From NCBI RefSeq assembly GCF_009914755.1, contig NC_060927.1: a stretch of 64,000 nucleotides of DNA. One strand, written 5' to 3'. The DNA is from the human T2T-CHM13v2.0 reference genome, Homo sapiens. The notes under the pieces were generated by a model. The model was given only the letters and a program-made list of their open reading frames with translations. It did no database searches and was not told where the DNA came from. Shown here one piece after another: positions 12,691-27,668 of the stretch. Within the stretch, counting starts at the first letter, position 1, and the number at the start of each line of letters is the position of its first letter. The position numbers and the translations under genes are program-made.

Positions 12691-13871
12691 TGATGGAATG
12701 AATTCACTTTGCTTGCTAAGTTGCTCACGGAGCAGACCCTTTGTGCTGAGTGACTAAGTGGAGCAGGTCAGTCACCTGGGATTCACCAATTGTTGATGGC
12801 CTCTCTCCAAACAGCAGATTCTCACTTGGCACAAAGGCAGGAGTCAGAGTGTTCCTGCTGCCACCCCACCTCCCTCTGAAGAGATTTGTCCAAGAGTTCC
12901 ATCGGTGGGGTTTCTTCTCAACATGCATGCAGCCTGCCATCATCTCTGTTATCTGGGTCCATCCACTCCCAAACCAGAGCTTCCAGCAGCAGAGAAGAGG
13001 TGGTGTGATGACATTTAGATCCAGGCCATGGAGGGAGAGTGCTGCTTGCCTGACCCTGTCATCGTCCTTCAGCTCCCATCACTCTTATCTCATGCATACT
13101 TTGTTCCTCTCTTGTCCCCTCTGGGGCCCAGGTTCAAGTCCCTCGCCAGCTTCTGACTGCTGGGCTCAGCCCTCCTTTCCTTCTGGTTCTAGCTCATCAT
13201 CCTCTCCTCTGTGACACACACATTGGGAATTTCTGCCAAGATTAGCCTATGGATGATCCTTCTTGAAGAGGCTGGGGACTTGATGGGCTTTGGGGACAAA
13301 TGTGGTTTCAAATCCCAGGCCCCTTATTTCCCCGTTGGGTGCCTGGAGGTGACAGTGTTAGTGTTCTGCCTAAATCCCCTTGGATCTCTTTACAGTTTCT
13401 GCGCAACCCTCTTCCAACCTGGCTGTACCTTTGCCTCCAAAGGCATGCGCCTGTGATCTTTCTGCAGCGGGGTGCTGTGAGGCTGGGAGCCATTTTGTCT
13501 ACAAGTGCAGAGTCCAGAAATGCCCAAGAACTTCCACCTTCCACCCCACCCCCTGCGGCCTTTGACAGACGACTGTTGAGTCCAGGGGCATGAAATCCCA
13601 CCTCCCTTGCCTTGGTTGGGCCAACTCCAAGGTGTGAGTTACACTTCAGGGTCCTCCTGTGGGATGACACAGGATTTTACCCACCACCCAGACCCTTTCT
13701 GCTTTCTCCGAGAGCCCTTCCTTCATACGTCCCTTGTCTCTGGGGTGGCGTCTGGGAAACCTGAGCTAAGACGGTGACTTGGGTAAATCACTTCACCTCT
13801 CGGAGTCTCAGCTTTCTCCCTTGTAACTGTGAGTTAGGAACTCATACTTTTTAGAGATGTTGGCAGGATTA

Positions 13872-14262
<391 letters not shown>

Positions 14263-14277
14263 AAGAAAGTCAGCCAG

Positions 14278-15034
<757 letters not shown>

Positions 15035-15197
15035 TAATTCACATACCATATTATTCACCTGTCTAAACTGAATTTGGTGGTTTTTAGTATGTTCATGGAG
15101 ATGTGCAACCATCACCACTATCTAATTTTAGGACTTTTTCATCACCTCAAAAAGAAAGCCTCCAGCCATTACACTCACTCTCCACTTCCTCCTACAC

Positions 15198-15541
15198 CAG
15201 CAGTCCCCAACCTTTTTGGCACCAGGGACCAGTTTCATGGAAGACAATTTTTCCACGGACGGGGGTTGAAGGGGATGGTTTGAGGATGAAACTGTGCCAC
15301 CTCAGATCAACAGGTATTAGTTAGATTCTCGTAAGGAGCGTGCAACCTAGATCCCTCACAATGCACAATTATCAATAAGGTTCGAGCTCCTATGGGAATC
15401 TAATGCCACTGCTGATCCGACAGGAGGCAGAGCTCAGGTGGTAATGCTTGCTTGCCTACCACCCATCTTCTGCTGTGTGGCCCGGTTCCTACAAGGCCAC
15501 TGACCAGTACCGGTCCGCAGCCCAGGGGTTGGGTACCCCTG
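15198..15541. mobile_element. MER1B hAT-Charlie DNA transposon, near full length
   Basis: Termini cagcagtccccaacc / ggttgggtacccctg; 8-bp TSD tcctacac / tcctatac. Confidence 0.92.
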
Positions 15542-15884
15542 TCCTATACCACTCTCACCTCCAGCCCCTGGCAACCTCTATTCTACTTTCTGCCTCAATG
15601 GATTTGCCTGTTGTGGACATTTCATACAAATGGAATCCTACAATATGTAATGTCTGTGAGTGGTTTTTGTCACTTAGCATAATGTTTTTAAGGTTGATCT
15701 ACACCGTAGCATGTGTTGGTACTTTACTTGTATTTATTGCTGAATAATATTTCATTGTATAGATAAACCACATTTTGGTTATTTATTCATCAGTTGACAG
15801 ATATTTGGATTGTTTCTACTTTTTGGCTATTATAAATAATGCTGCTATGAACAAGTTTCTGTGTGGACATACACTTCTCTCAGG

Positions 15885-15887
<3 letters not shown>

Positions 15888-15941
<54 letters not shown>
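15888..15941. repeat. (CA)n microsatellite, ~27 units
   Basis: Uninterrupted CA run. Confidence 0.99.
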
Positions 15942-15943
<2 letters not shown>

Positions 15944-16240
15944 CCAGGCGCAGAGGTTCATGCCTGTAATCTCAGCACTTTGGGAGGCTGAGGCAGGAGG
16001 ATAGCTTGAGCCCAGGAGTTCAAGACCAGCCTGGGCAATATGGCAAAATCCCATCTGTACAAAAAGTACAAAAATTAGCTAGGCCTAGTGGCATGTGCCT
16101 GTAGTCCCAGCCACTCAGGAGGCTGAGAGGCAGGAGGATCTCCTGATCCCGGGAGGTTGAGGCTGCTGTAAGCTGCTGTGAGCCACTGCACTCCAGCCTG
16201 GGTGACAGAGCGAGACCCTGTCTCCAAAAAATAGTAATAA
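15942..16240 (+). mobile_element. AluJ
   Basis: Dimer with cttgagcccaggag, ggttgaggctgc. Confidence 0.93.
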
Positions 16241-16471
16241 TAAAATATATATACACATACAATATATCATTCATGTATATATAATGTAGGAGTGGAATTT
16301 CTGAGTCATATTGAGGAATTTCCTGTTTTCCAGAGTGGCTGGACCATTTTACAATCCCACCAGCAAGGTGTGAAGATTCTGATTTCTCCACATCTTTGCC
16401 AACATTTGTTATTGTCTTTTTTATTTTAACGACCCTAGTGTGTAGGAAGTACTATCTCATTGTGGTTTTGA

Positions 16472-16871
<400 letters not shown>

Positions 16872-16888
16872 CCCTTGCTCATTTTTAA

Positions 16889-17222
<334 letters not shown>

Positions 17223-18275
17223 CGTAAAAATTCTTATATTTTCTGGATATTGCCCCTTATCAGATATATAGGGTCTCAGTTCCCTCATCTGTAACTTGCT
17301 GTGTTCCTAGATTAAATACAAAGTACGTAATGGGCCTGACATACATCAGGTGGCTGTTAGCTGTTACCATTAATAGAACATTCTTTTAATTCATGGAACT
17401 TCAGGGCCATATAAGCCTCCAGATATCATCCAGTCTGACCCTCCCCTATCTATCCATTTCATGGATGAAGGAACTCAGCCCAGGGAGGGAAAATTACTTC
17501 CTGCTCAGGCCTTCAGCAGTGGTTCTCAGCACATCTGGAATGAGCGCAGCTGCGTGCCTGTGGGCAGGTCATCTCAGTGTATGCATCTGTGAAATGGAGG
17601 GGAGGGAGGGTGCTGCAGCAAGCCTGTATGAAGCTTCTCCAGTGTGGTAAGCACTGCCCCAAAGCATCCTGCCCGTATCCTGTTCAGTCCTCCCAACTGC
17701 CCTGAGATGCTCCTATTTCACAGAGGTATAGAAACTGATACTCAGAGAGGTGAAGTTTCTTACCTAAGGGCTCATGTTTAGGAAGTGACAGAATCAGTAT
17801 CAAACCCAGGATTTTCCAGGCCCAGTGCCTGTCCTCTCTTTTGCTGCCACACCTTGCCTCCTAGGATACTCCATCTCCTGGGACCCCTATAAAGCACTTT
17901 TCCCTTTTTTTCCTTTTCTGATATTTATTGTTATTATATCAGAAATGTTCTAATAACCACAGAGCAAGCTCAGGAAAATGGAAGATGCACTCCTCCCGCC
18001 CCCTGGCCATCTCTGATGCTTTCATCATCTCTTAGACCCACTGGAGCTGAAACTTTCTAATGCAATCCAGGCTTAGCCCAGTCCCACCTTTTTAAAGTGG
18101 TGGCCTGAGGAGGCTTGGAATGTAACCATGTCCAAGGCCAACCTCAGCCTAGACAGTGCTGAGTTTGGGGGACAAGGATTCCTTGGGGCTGTCCTGTACG
18201 TCAGGCTGATCTGCTTCCTCACGGCGGCAGGGTCAGGTGGAGGTGTCCTTTGGCAGGAAACCTCAGATTCTAAAG

Positions 18276-18490
18276 CAGTTTTTGTTAGCCAGAGGTGGTC
18301 TTGACCCTAGGGACACTTGGCAATGTCTAGAGGCATTTTTGGCTGTCAGAACTCACAAAGGAGGGTGCTACTGGCAACGAGTAGGTAGGGGTCGGGGATG
18401 CTCCTAAACCTCCTACAGTGCACAGGGCAGCCCCCAACACAGAATTTTCCTGCCCCAAAGCGCCTGTAGTACAGAGGTTGAGAAATCCTG
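18276..18490. mobile_element. MER20 hAT-Charlie element
   Basis: gggacacttggcaatgtctagaggcatttttggctgtca...gggatgctcctaaacctcctacagtgcacagggcagccccc...gaggttgagaaatcctg. Confidence 0.9.
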
Positions 18491-18663
18491 CTCTAGGCAA
18501 ACACAGCTACAGAACTGGTCCTGCTCTCCCCGTGGGCCCTGCCGGGGCGGCGGCATGCATGTACATGAGGGTGAATCCCACAGCTAAGGAAGACCTTCTT
18601 TCCTTGATTTCCAGGGCATCTTTTTGTGCCGTTTGCCTTTCCATGTTCTAGGCTGGAAATTTC

Positions 18664-18742
18664 TTTTTTTTTTTTTAAGAAGGAGTCTCGCTCTGTCGCC
18701 CAGGCTGGAGTGCAGTGGTGCGATCTCGGCTCACTGCAAGCT
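18664..18742 (-). mobile_element. Severely 5'-truncated AluY-like fragment
   Basis: Only the last ~65 nt of Alu plus tail; perfect 15-bp TSD taggctggaaatttc. Confidence 0.92.
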
Positions 18743-19129
18743 TAGGCTGGAAATTTCAAATAAGCTTGTGATGAAACCCACAGTAGGAAAGCTTGCTTTT
18801 TTTTTTTTTTTTTTTTTTTTTAAAGCACTGGCCATCTTATTCCCATGGCAGGTCCTTGCTGCTCAGAGAGGCAGGCCGTGTGACTGGTCCTTGGTGCTCA
18901 GAGAGGCAGGCGGTGTGACGGTTTTTGCCATTTCTCCATGCCTGGGACCTCCTAAGGTCAGGCATTGTGTCTCATTCACTGCTGCATCTCCAGTGCCCGG
19001 CACAGTAAATGAACAGAGCCAGTGCTCAGGCAGAGGGTGCCAAGTCAAAACAGGATTAAAAGTCCCCCAGTCTTGGCCATAGCTGGCCCCCACCTTCCAC
19101 CTCCAACTCAAATCTTAACATAATGAGAG

Positions 19130-19370
19130 CAAATCATTACGTAAAACTTACTATATCTGACAGGCACGATTCTAAGTCCTTTACATATATTAACGCAGTT
19201 AATCTTCACACAACCTATGAGGCAGATGCTATTATTATCCCCGTTTTACAGATGAAGAAATAGAGACACGGAGAGGTTAAGTAACTTGCCTAAAATCGCA
19301 CCACTCAGGAGTAGCAGCAGAAGCGGAATCTGAACGCAGGCGGTCCATCTCCAAGCTCTTCACCACTGAA
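19130..19370 (-). mobile_element. MIR, near full length
   Basis: tttaatcttcacacaacctatgaggcag...ttttacagatgaagaaatagagacacggagaggttaagtaacttgcc. Confidence 0.88.
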
Positions 19371-19576
19371 TGTCTTGCTTCCTCTCTTAGAATGGCCAGT
19401 GGAGCACAGCCTACCCTCTTTTGTGTCTGAGGTCGGCTTCCTCCCAGACAGGCATAAATTCTCAGAGCTTAAATTCTTCCCTGTCATGTCAGGCATTATC
19501 AGGAGTGGCAGAAGTGCTTTCCTAACACGCCGACATAATGATTTCCAAGCACAAGGAAAAGAATCAGGCTAATCTT

Positions 19577-19878
19577 GGCCGGGCCCGATGACTCGCACCT
19601 GTAATCCAATAGTTTGGGAAGCCGAGGCGGGCGGATCACCTGAGGTCAGGAGTTCAAGACCAGCCTGGCCAACTTGGTGAAACCCCGTCTCTACTAAAAA
19701 TACTAAAACTTAGCTGGGTGTGGTGGTGGGCACCTGTAGTCCCAGCTATTTGGGAGGCTGAGGCAGGAGAAATCACTTGAACCTGGGAGGCAGAGGTTGC
19801 AGTGAGCGGAGATCAGGCCACTGCACTCCAGCCTGGGCAACAGAGCCAGACTCCATTTCAAAAAAAAAAAAAAAAAAA
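19577..19878 (+). mobile_element. AluS (Sx-like)
   Basis: Full dimer; TSD aaaagaatcaggctaa. Confidence 0.95.
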
Positions 19879-20249
19879 GAATCAGGCTAAATTTGATAGG
19901 CTCAGTGGACATGGGGTTTAGCCATCGGCTTTGTTTTTCCATTGCATTTAAAGTTTTTATTAAAATGAACAGTACTAATTTAAAAAAAAAAAAAACCCTG
20001 CCAGTAGCTTCCCATTGTATCGCGGGCCCCAAATATACATCCTCAGGTAAAAACCTGGGGACTGTGAAAAAACATTTGAAGTGCCTGGGCCCTAGTGCTA
20101 TAAATTCAGATTCAGAAAGTCTGGGGTAAGGCATCCCTGGAAATTCTAAAGGATAGCCAGAGAGGGCAGGAGCCTGGAGCATAGCGCTGAGGCTCAGGAA
20201 CCTGCACTTTCACTCATTGAGGACTAAACTGCTTCTCACTGATGAAAAC

Positions 20250-20485
20250 ATCCTTCGAGTTCTGGCTCATAAGTCACCTCCTCTGGGAAGCCTTCCCTGA
20301 ATTTTCAAAGTAGTAAGTCACTCCCCTGACCTCCCACAGCACTTTGTCTACCCATTAAATGTGGCACTGCAGGGTAATTATTTATTTGGTCCTTTTGAGC
20401 AAGAATTGTGTCTCACCTGCCTCTGTATACCCAGCACTCTCAGTGTTGAGGATGAAGTTGGCGCTCCATGAATGCTTATTGAGCA
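20250..20485 (+). mobile_element. L2 fragment
   Basis: gtcacctcctctgggaagccttccctga...tgtatacccagcact...atgaatgcttattga. Confidence 0.65.
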
Positions 20486-21749
20486 ACTAGAGGACTAAAC
20501 AGACACTCCACTTTGGCCCCTGTCAAGATTGCCTTGTGGTCTGGCCTTTAGACCAAGAAGACCTGAGTTGTAACTTTGCCACTTTCTCGGGTGAGCTGTG
20601 TCTGAGTCTTCATTTGCCTATCTGGAAAATGGGGATAATGACAGTCCCTCCCTCCTGGGGGAGCTCCGATGACACAGGCCAATAGTGGTGATGGTGTTTG
20701 TAAACCCTGCGGTGTCGTGTTGGTGCACATGTGTGGAGGAGGTGGGGTGGGGCCTGTTATTCCTGTCCTGGAATGTTGGCACTCAGACGTTGTTTACGGT
20801 AACTTCTGGGCTCTGTGCCTGACTTCCCAGGGCTCCGGCACTTGCTGGGGTAGATGGCAGTTCCACGTATGAGTATGTGATGCCTCCCAGCAATGGCATC
20901 ACCAGATTTGTTAGGTGTTCTGTGGAAGCCCCGACCTCCAGCCCCCTCCAACCCCCTTCCAGATTTCCTGCTCTGCCGAGAATTCCCTTGCTCCTCCTGC
21001 CCACCTTGCAGAGCCTCCAGTGGGTTCCTGGGCCCCTCCCAAGCAAGATCGAGCCCTGTTTTAAGCCCTTTCAATGCTGGGCTCTGAGTCAGGTTTGGCA
21101 TCCGGACAACTCCACCTTTTCCTGTTTCTAGGGACCTACCTGTAGGAGTTCTATACCTCTGGGATGTGGGCAGCCTGACCTCTAGATGTATTGAGCAGCT
21201 GTCATAAAGCTATGCCGCTTGCTCCCTGCTAAATTGCAGCCAAAGTGATGGGCATTATCTGCTTCAGAACAGGAGAGAGCTGTTCTGCCATCATGCCAGT
21301 GCCCTTATTCATCATCACCACAGCTTTTACCATTGCACCTTTGCCCAGTATCAGATGAGTGGATCCTTGCAGCATGGCATAGATATCATTATTATTATAA
21401 CCATTTTGCAGAAGTGAAAACTGAGGCCCCAAGAGGTGAGCTAACTAACCCAAGAGTAATCTCCCCTTGAGCCACTCACTGTTGCATTTACTCACTGAAT
21501 AAATGAAGAGGAAGGAAGAGCTGACTTTAATGCCTGGAGCTTCTCCCTGCCTTGGAGGTCGGGATCTGAGACCACTCTGATTCCTCTCACAGGGCTAAGG
21601 GACCATCATCACATAGTTATGGGTGTTCATGTAGCACAGGCTGGGGGACCTAATTTCTAGTCTGTTTTGTGCCACAGGTTGTTTTGGGCTAACACTTTTA
21701 GGTCTGAGAGTGCCTGGATCTGCTCTAGGTAATCAGGCAGACAGGCAGC

Positions 21750-21985
21750 ACAGAAGACAGTTCAGAAACAGACTCAAATGCAGATAGGAATTTAGTATGT
21801 ATGAAAGGTGGCATTACAAATCACTGGAGAAAAGATAGATTATTCAATAAATGGGCTTGGAGCAATTGAAGAACCACCTGGAAAATATTAAGTTGGATTG
21901 CAGCACACTCCTTTCTCCAGAATTAATTCCAGATGGATCCAAAATTTAAATTAAAAAAGATAAAAGTATGCAAGTACTGGAAGGT
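21750..21985 (+). mobile_element. Old L1M (L1ME-like) ORF2-end fragment
   Basis: gaaaggtggcattacaaatcactggagaaaagatagattattcaataaatgg...aattccagatggatccaaaatttaaa. Confidence 0.75.
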
Positions 21986-22396
21986 ATGACGTTCTTAAAA
22001 TAATCTCAGGGTTATACAATTCCAGACCTTCCCTTTCCCAAGCCTCAGAGGAGGCTGGGGCCAGAGGGGGTCCTCTGGCCTGGAATAACCCAACTTCAGG
22101 ATCGTAAGTGTGAGCCCTACTTTCCACTACTGACAAAGATATCTTTTTCTCTGCTGAACAGAATTACTAATACTTAAGCAAAGAGTTTCAGTCTCCTGTG
22201 ACACAAACACAGATATTTGTTAAAAGGGTATAGGAGGCTCCTAAGAAACTGGGATGGGCCATTTGGAAAGTCAGCTGAAAATCTGTCCGTAATTTTTTTT
22301 TCTTTTAACTACAAAGGTTATATAATAGAATTACAAAACATTTTGAAGAAGAGAAAAATAATATCTAAAAATATAATAATATATAAAAATAATAAA

Positions 22397-22648
22397 ACAC
22401 ATGACCTTGCACAGACCACTCAACGTTACTGAGCCCATTCTGTAAAATGGGGGCAAAACCTACCCTGCTCACCCAGAGGGTTTCTGGGAAGGTCAGAAGA
22501 GATAACTGATGCAAATATACTTAGTTTCTAAGTCCTGCACATGCTGTAGCAAAGTCAGGTATGCATTATTTCATATTTGGCAAACTTATGCATGCAGGAA
22601 CAGGAATGAGGACATTAAGTCTAATGATACTCCTGTCTTCAGGAAGCA
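22397..22648 (+). repeat. Inverted duplication arm A (252 bp)
   Basis: Reverse complement of 23862-24113; 8 substitutions and no indels by manual alignment. Confidence 0.97.
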
Positions 22649-22939
22649 TCAATCCTCAATCCCAACCCTCAATCCCAACTCCTACGATGATTTGTATTTT
22701 TGTGTTGTTGTAAACATGTAAACGTGGTGTACATTCTGTTTTCTGTCCTGCTCTTCTTTCTTAAGGTGTTTTTCCACGTTGCTGAAGTCTCTGTAGCCTC
22801 CAGTTGTAATGGTTGCATAAGGTTACATCAACTGCTTTTGCCTCATTGACTTAACATTTCCCAATTGCTAAACATTTCAATTTCATCTCATTTTTCCTGT
22901 TATTAAAATGTGTGATGCAAAGCTTTCCTGTGTATAACA

Positions 22940-23790
22940 TAGAAAATAATTCTTTAAGGGGATGTTGTTCAAGCCAAGTCAGCAAAGAGATACAAATGGA
23001 CAGAAAATGTTTGGGGGAAAAATAGCCACCTTCATTAATAAGTAAATTAAAATTAGGATACACGTGAACTATCGTTGTTTAACTTTATCAAATTGGCATT
23101 CAATTTTTTTTAATTGACAATATCTAGCATTGGTAAGAATGCAATCAAAGCATAAAGCAGCATGGCTTTTAAGGAGAGCAGATTGATTATATGTAAAGAC
23201 CTTTAAGAATATCCATGCCTTTTGATTCTGTAATTCCACTTGTAGGAAGTTATAAAGAATCAGGCCAGGTGAGGTGGCTGACACTTGTAATCTCAACACC
23301 TTGGGAAGCCGAGGCGGGTGGATCTCTTGAAGCCTGGAGTTCGAGACCAGCCTGGCCAACATGGCACAACCCCAGGCATGGTGGCACCTTAGAAGGCTGA
23401 AGCACGAGAATTACTTGAACCCAGGAAGTGGAGGCAGCAGTGAGCTGAGATTGTGCCACTGCACTGCAGCCTGGGTGACAGAGCAAAACCCTGTCTCAGA
23501 AAAGAAAAGAATGAATCAGATACACACCCAAAGATTTATATATAAGGACGTGCATTACAATTCTATTTATATTAAAAAATGAGAAACACTCTTGAATGTT
23601 CAACAATAAGTTAATGGTTAAGTAAATTATGGCAAATCTGTATGATAGAAATTTTAGGTAGCTATTAAAAGTCATGTTCTTGAAAAATATATGATGACAC
23701 GGAAAAAAGCTCACAATGTCGTGTTTAGTGAAAAGTAGAGGATATAAAACCAAGACAGCCAAAACGGCATCATCCTAATTTTAGAAGAGA
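22940..23790 (+). mobile_element. L1ME-type 3' region interrupted by an Alu
   Basis: atccatgccttttgattctgtaattccacttgtagga..., ggttaagtaaattatggcaaatc..., gctattaaaa. Confidence 0.7.
23263..23510 (+). mobile_element. Alu with internal deletion of the linker region
   Basis: Both arms present but the central A-rich linker and ~50 nt are missing. Confidence 0.88.
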
Positions 23791-23861
23791 CGTATGTTAA
23801 CAGATCAGGTCCACAGAAAAAAGTAGGTGTCTGTTTTGCCCTTCTTCTTTAAGATCTGAAG

Positions 23862-24113
23862 TGCTTCCTGAAGACAGGAGTATCATTAGACTTAATTTCC
23901 TCATTCCTGTTCCTTCATGCATAAGTTTGCCAAATATGAAATAATGCATACCTAACTTTGCTACAGCGTGTGCAGGACTTAGAAACTAAGTATATTTGCA
24001 TCAGTTATCTCTTCTGACCTTCCCAGAAACCCTCTGAGTGAGCAGGGAAGGTTTTGCCCCCATTTTACAGAATGGGCTCAGTAAGGTTGAGTGGTCTGTG
24101 CAAGGTCACGTGT
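23862..24113 (-). repeat. Inverted duplication arm B (252 bp), partly MIR-derived
   Basis: Partner of 22397-22648; MIR-like sequence (cattttacag...caaggtcac) continues beyond 24113. Confidence 0.97.
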
Positions 24114-24199
24114 CTCCTGTGTAGATGCAACCCCAGATTTCTGCATCCTCAGACTAATGTATTACCCTTCCGAGTCCAGGAGACACGCTCAGACTTATG

Positions 24200-24415
24200 T
24201 CATAGACCAGCTGAGTGGGTAGGGGAACGGCTCTGGATTCATAATCACCTTAGATTGAATCCAAGTATTCAATCCTTCTCTGACTCAGTTTCTTTGTCTG
24301 TAAAATTGGGAAGATAATAGACTTACCTCAAGAATTAAATAACCTAATACATAGAAAGCTCTTAGAATAGTGCAGGGGACATCATTAGTCCTCAGTCAGT
24401 AGTGGTCAGTATTAT
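24200..24415 (+). mobile_element. MIR
   Basis: ctcagtttctttgtctgtaaaattgggaagataatagacttacctca...gctcttagaatagtgc. Confidence 0.75.
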
Positions 24416-24592
24416 AACGAGATCCTTGGCATCTGTGGATGTAACAAGTTTCGCAATTCTCTAGGGACCCCTCTGGTCCATGACAGGTAATGGTTTGTTG
24501 TTTTGCTGAGACAAAAGTTAACTGCTCTCATGGAATGATATTATGACAATTTGAAAACACACACATACACTTCTTTGTGAAAAGTGGCCACT

Positions 24593-24961
<369 letters not shown>

Positions 24962-25114
24962 CTATGCCTCTGAAAGACTGTGATCAGGAGAAGCCTAGCC
25001 TTTCTGGTGTGTTCTAGGGTGGCTTTGGGACACCCTGATGGATGTTTATACAAAGGTGTCATCAGGATGATGTTTAGCCAAGGACCCAGGAATGCCTAGT
25101 CCTGCCCTCGATCA

Positions 25115-25740
<626 letters not shown>

Positions 25741-27074
25741 CCTGCTCACGTTGAGCAGCCAGTCGCTCTGAAATTGTGGCTCCAGAAACTCTCCTGGCCT
25801 CTAAGTGAGACAGGAAGATCCTCCTTCCTGGTCCGCATTTGGGCCTCAGTGCTTGCCACACATGCTGCCTCCGAGGCCACACTGACCTGAGCTTCTTGTT
25901 CAGGTCTCCCGAGGACAAGGTAGCAGGCCAACCATCACGTGGAAGGAAGAGTTCACAGTGCGCCCCCTTTCATCCCTTTTTCAGCACTGTGCAGCCTCCA
26001 CCCTTGGCTCAGTGGCCAGCAACCTCCTTGGCCTTGGAATCTGGCATCCTTAGTAATACTTCCTCCCTCCTCAGTTGCTTTGTCTTGCTTAGGGAATCAA
26101 AGTTCAGGAATACTTAAGGAATTAGAATGTTGACATGTCGGACTGTGCTGACCAGGACCTAATTATCTGTAACGGGGTATACACTTGCAGTCAACATATC
26201 CTGCTACTAAAACCTGCAGTGAACAGAAGTGGGTGGGGAGCCATGAACAACCCTTTGATTGTCCATGTCAAGCATGTTAGTTTCTCAACACACCTGAAAG
26301 GGTCTTAGCGAAGGAAATGTCTGGTGGAAAAGGAGAGGTCAAAGACCCACCTCCCCCTCTTCCCATAGCACCAAAGAACCATATTCTAGGAGCTTCAGGT
26401 GTTAGTGGAAGGCTGAAGATGGGATTGGTTTGGCAAACCATATCTCTTAACTTGCCTGAGTGTCTATAGAAGCCAAGTAGAGAATCTGTAATTCCGAGCA
26501 ACTGTCTGACCTTCATATGCACCCCCCACCTGACTGGGCTCTTTCTACGGGAAAGATAGTCAGTGCCAAAGTCCCCAGAACCTGGGGGCCAGCATGGAGA
26601 CAGCCCCAGACTCAGTTACTACATCATTGCTAATAAACTAGAGGAATTAAGTATGTAAATCCAGCCAACCCTTGTGGTTTAACTCAGGGTTTCCTCACAA
26701 GAGCACAGTTGGCGTGTAGGGAGATAATTCTTCACCTAAGAAATGTGGGAGCCCCTGCACATTCCTGGCCCAGCCCATTAAATGCTATAGCAAACCTAGT
26801 CCCTAGGACCACAAAAATGACCCCATGTATTTCCAAACATCCCTATGGGGCTGGCATGGCCCCTGGCCTTGTTGAATTGAATGCAGTGCTAGACTCTTCT
26901 TATGGGGAAAAGAGGCCCATGGGTTTAAAAGATTGGGGTGGACAAAGATGGACATGGTTTGAGCCCCCTGTCCCCTTGGGTTTCATCCTGACTCCCACTG
27001 GCCAGACATTGTCCACTGGGCATGATGAGTCACCTATCCATGGACCTTTATTAGTAGCAGTGGTAGTAGCAGTA

Positions 27075-27530
27075 CTTTTTATTGAACTATAATATACATG
27101 AAAGTATACACACGTTGTATGCACAGCTGGGTGAATTTTCACCAACTGAACACACCTGCGTAACCAGCGTCCCAGTGAAGAAAGAGAACATGACAAGCAC
27201 CTTGAAGCCTCCTCATGCCCCCTTCCAGGGCAGCCACTATCCTGATTTTTAACAACATAGATGGCTTTTGCCCACTTTTATGCTGGTTTTTTTCGCTTTT
27301 AGCTCTACCTTATGTTTGTGATAGCCATCCATGTTGTTGTGTATAGCTGTAGTTCATTCATTGTCATTGCTGTGTCATATTCCACGGTGTAAATACACAG
27401 AAATGTATGCATCTACTGTTGAGGTAGGTGCAGGGTGCCCCATTTGGGGTGATGATAAATAGGGCTGTTGTGGACATTCTAGATCTTTTGGTGAACATAT
27501 GCATGCATCTCTATTAGGTCACAGGCACTT
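27075..27530 (-). mobile_element. Old L1M 3' fragment
   Basis: ttttattgaactataatatacatg..., ccatccatgttgttgtgtatagctgtagttcattcatt. Confidence 0.75.
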
Positions 27531-27564
27531 GTTTTTGTTTGTTTGTTCAATAAGAGTAATCACT

Positions 27565-27668
27565 TGCAGTTCCAGCTACTCAGGAGGCTGAGGCAGGAGG
27601 ATCACTTGAGCCCAGGTGTTTGAGACCAGCCTGGGCAACATAGCAAGACCCTGTCTCTAAAATAAAAT
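27565..27668 (+). mobile_element. FLAM/Alu monomer fragment
   Basis: ccagctactcaggaggctgaggcaggaggatcacttgagcccagg...gaccctgtctctaaaa. Confidence 0.85.

Noticed and set aside
12750-13214. 154-aa plus-strand ORF
   Set aside because: Non-ATG start, Ser/Pro-rich chance ORF, no recognisable homology.
26255-26285. p53-like element ccatgtcaagcatgtt
   Set aside because: The CATG cores are 9 nt apart rather than 10 and the first half-site is poor.
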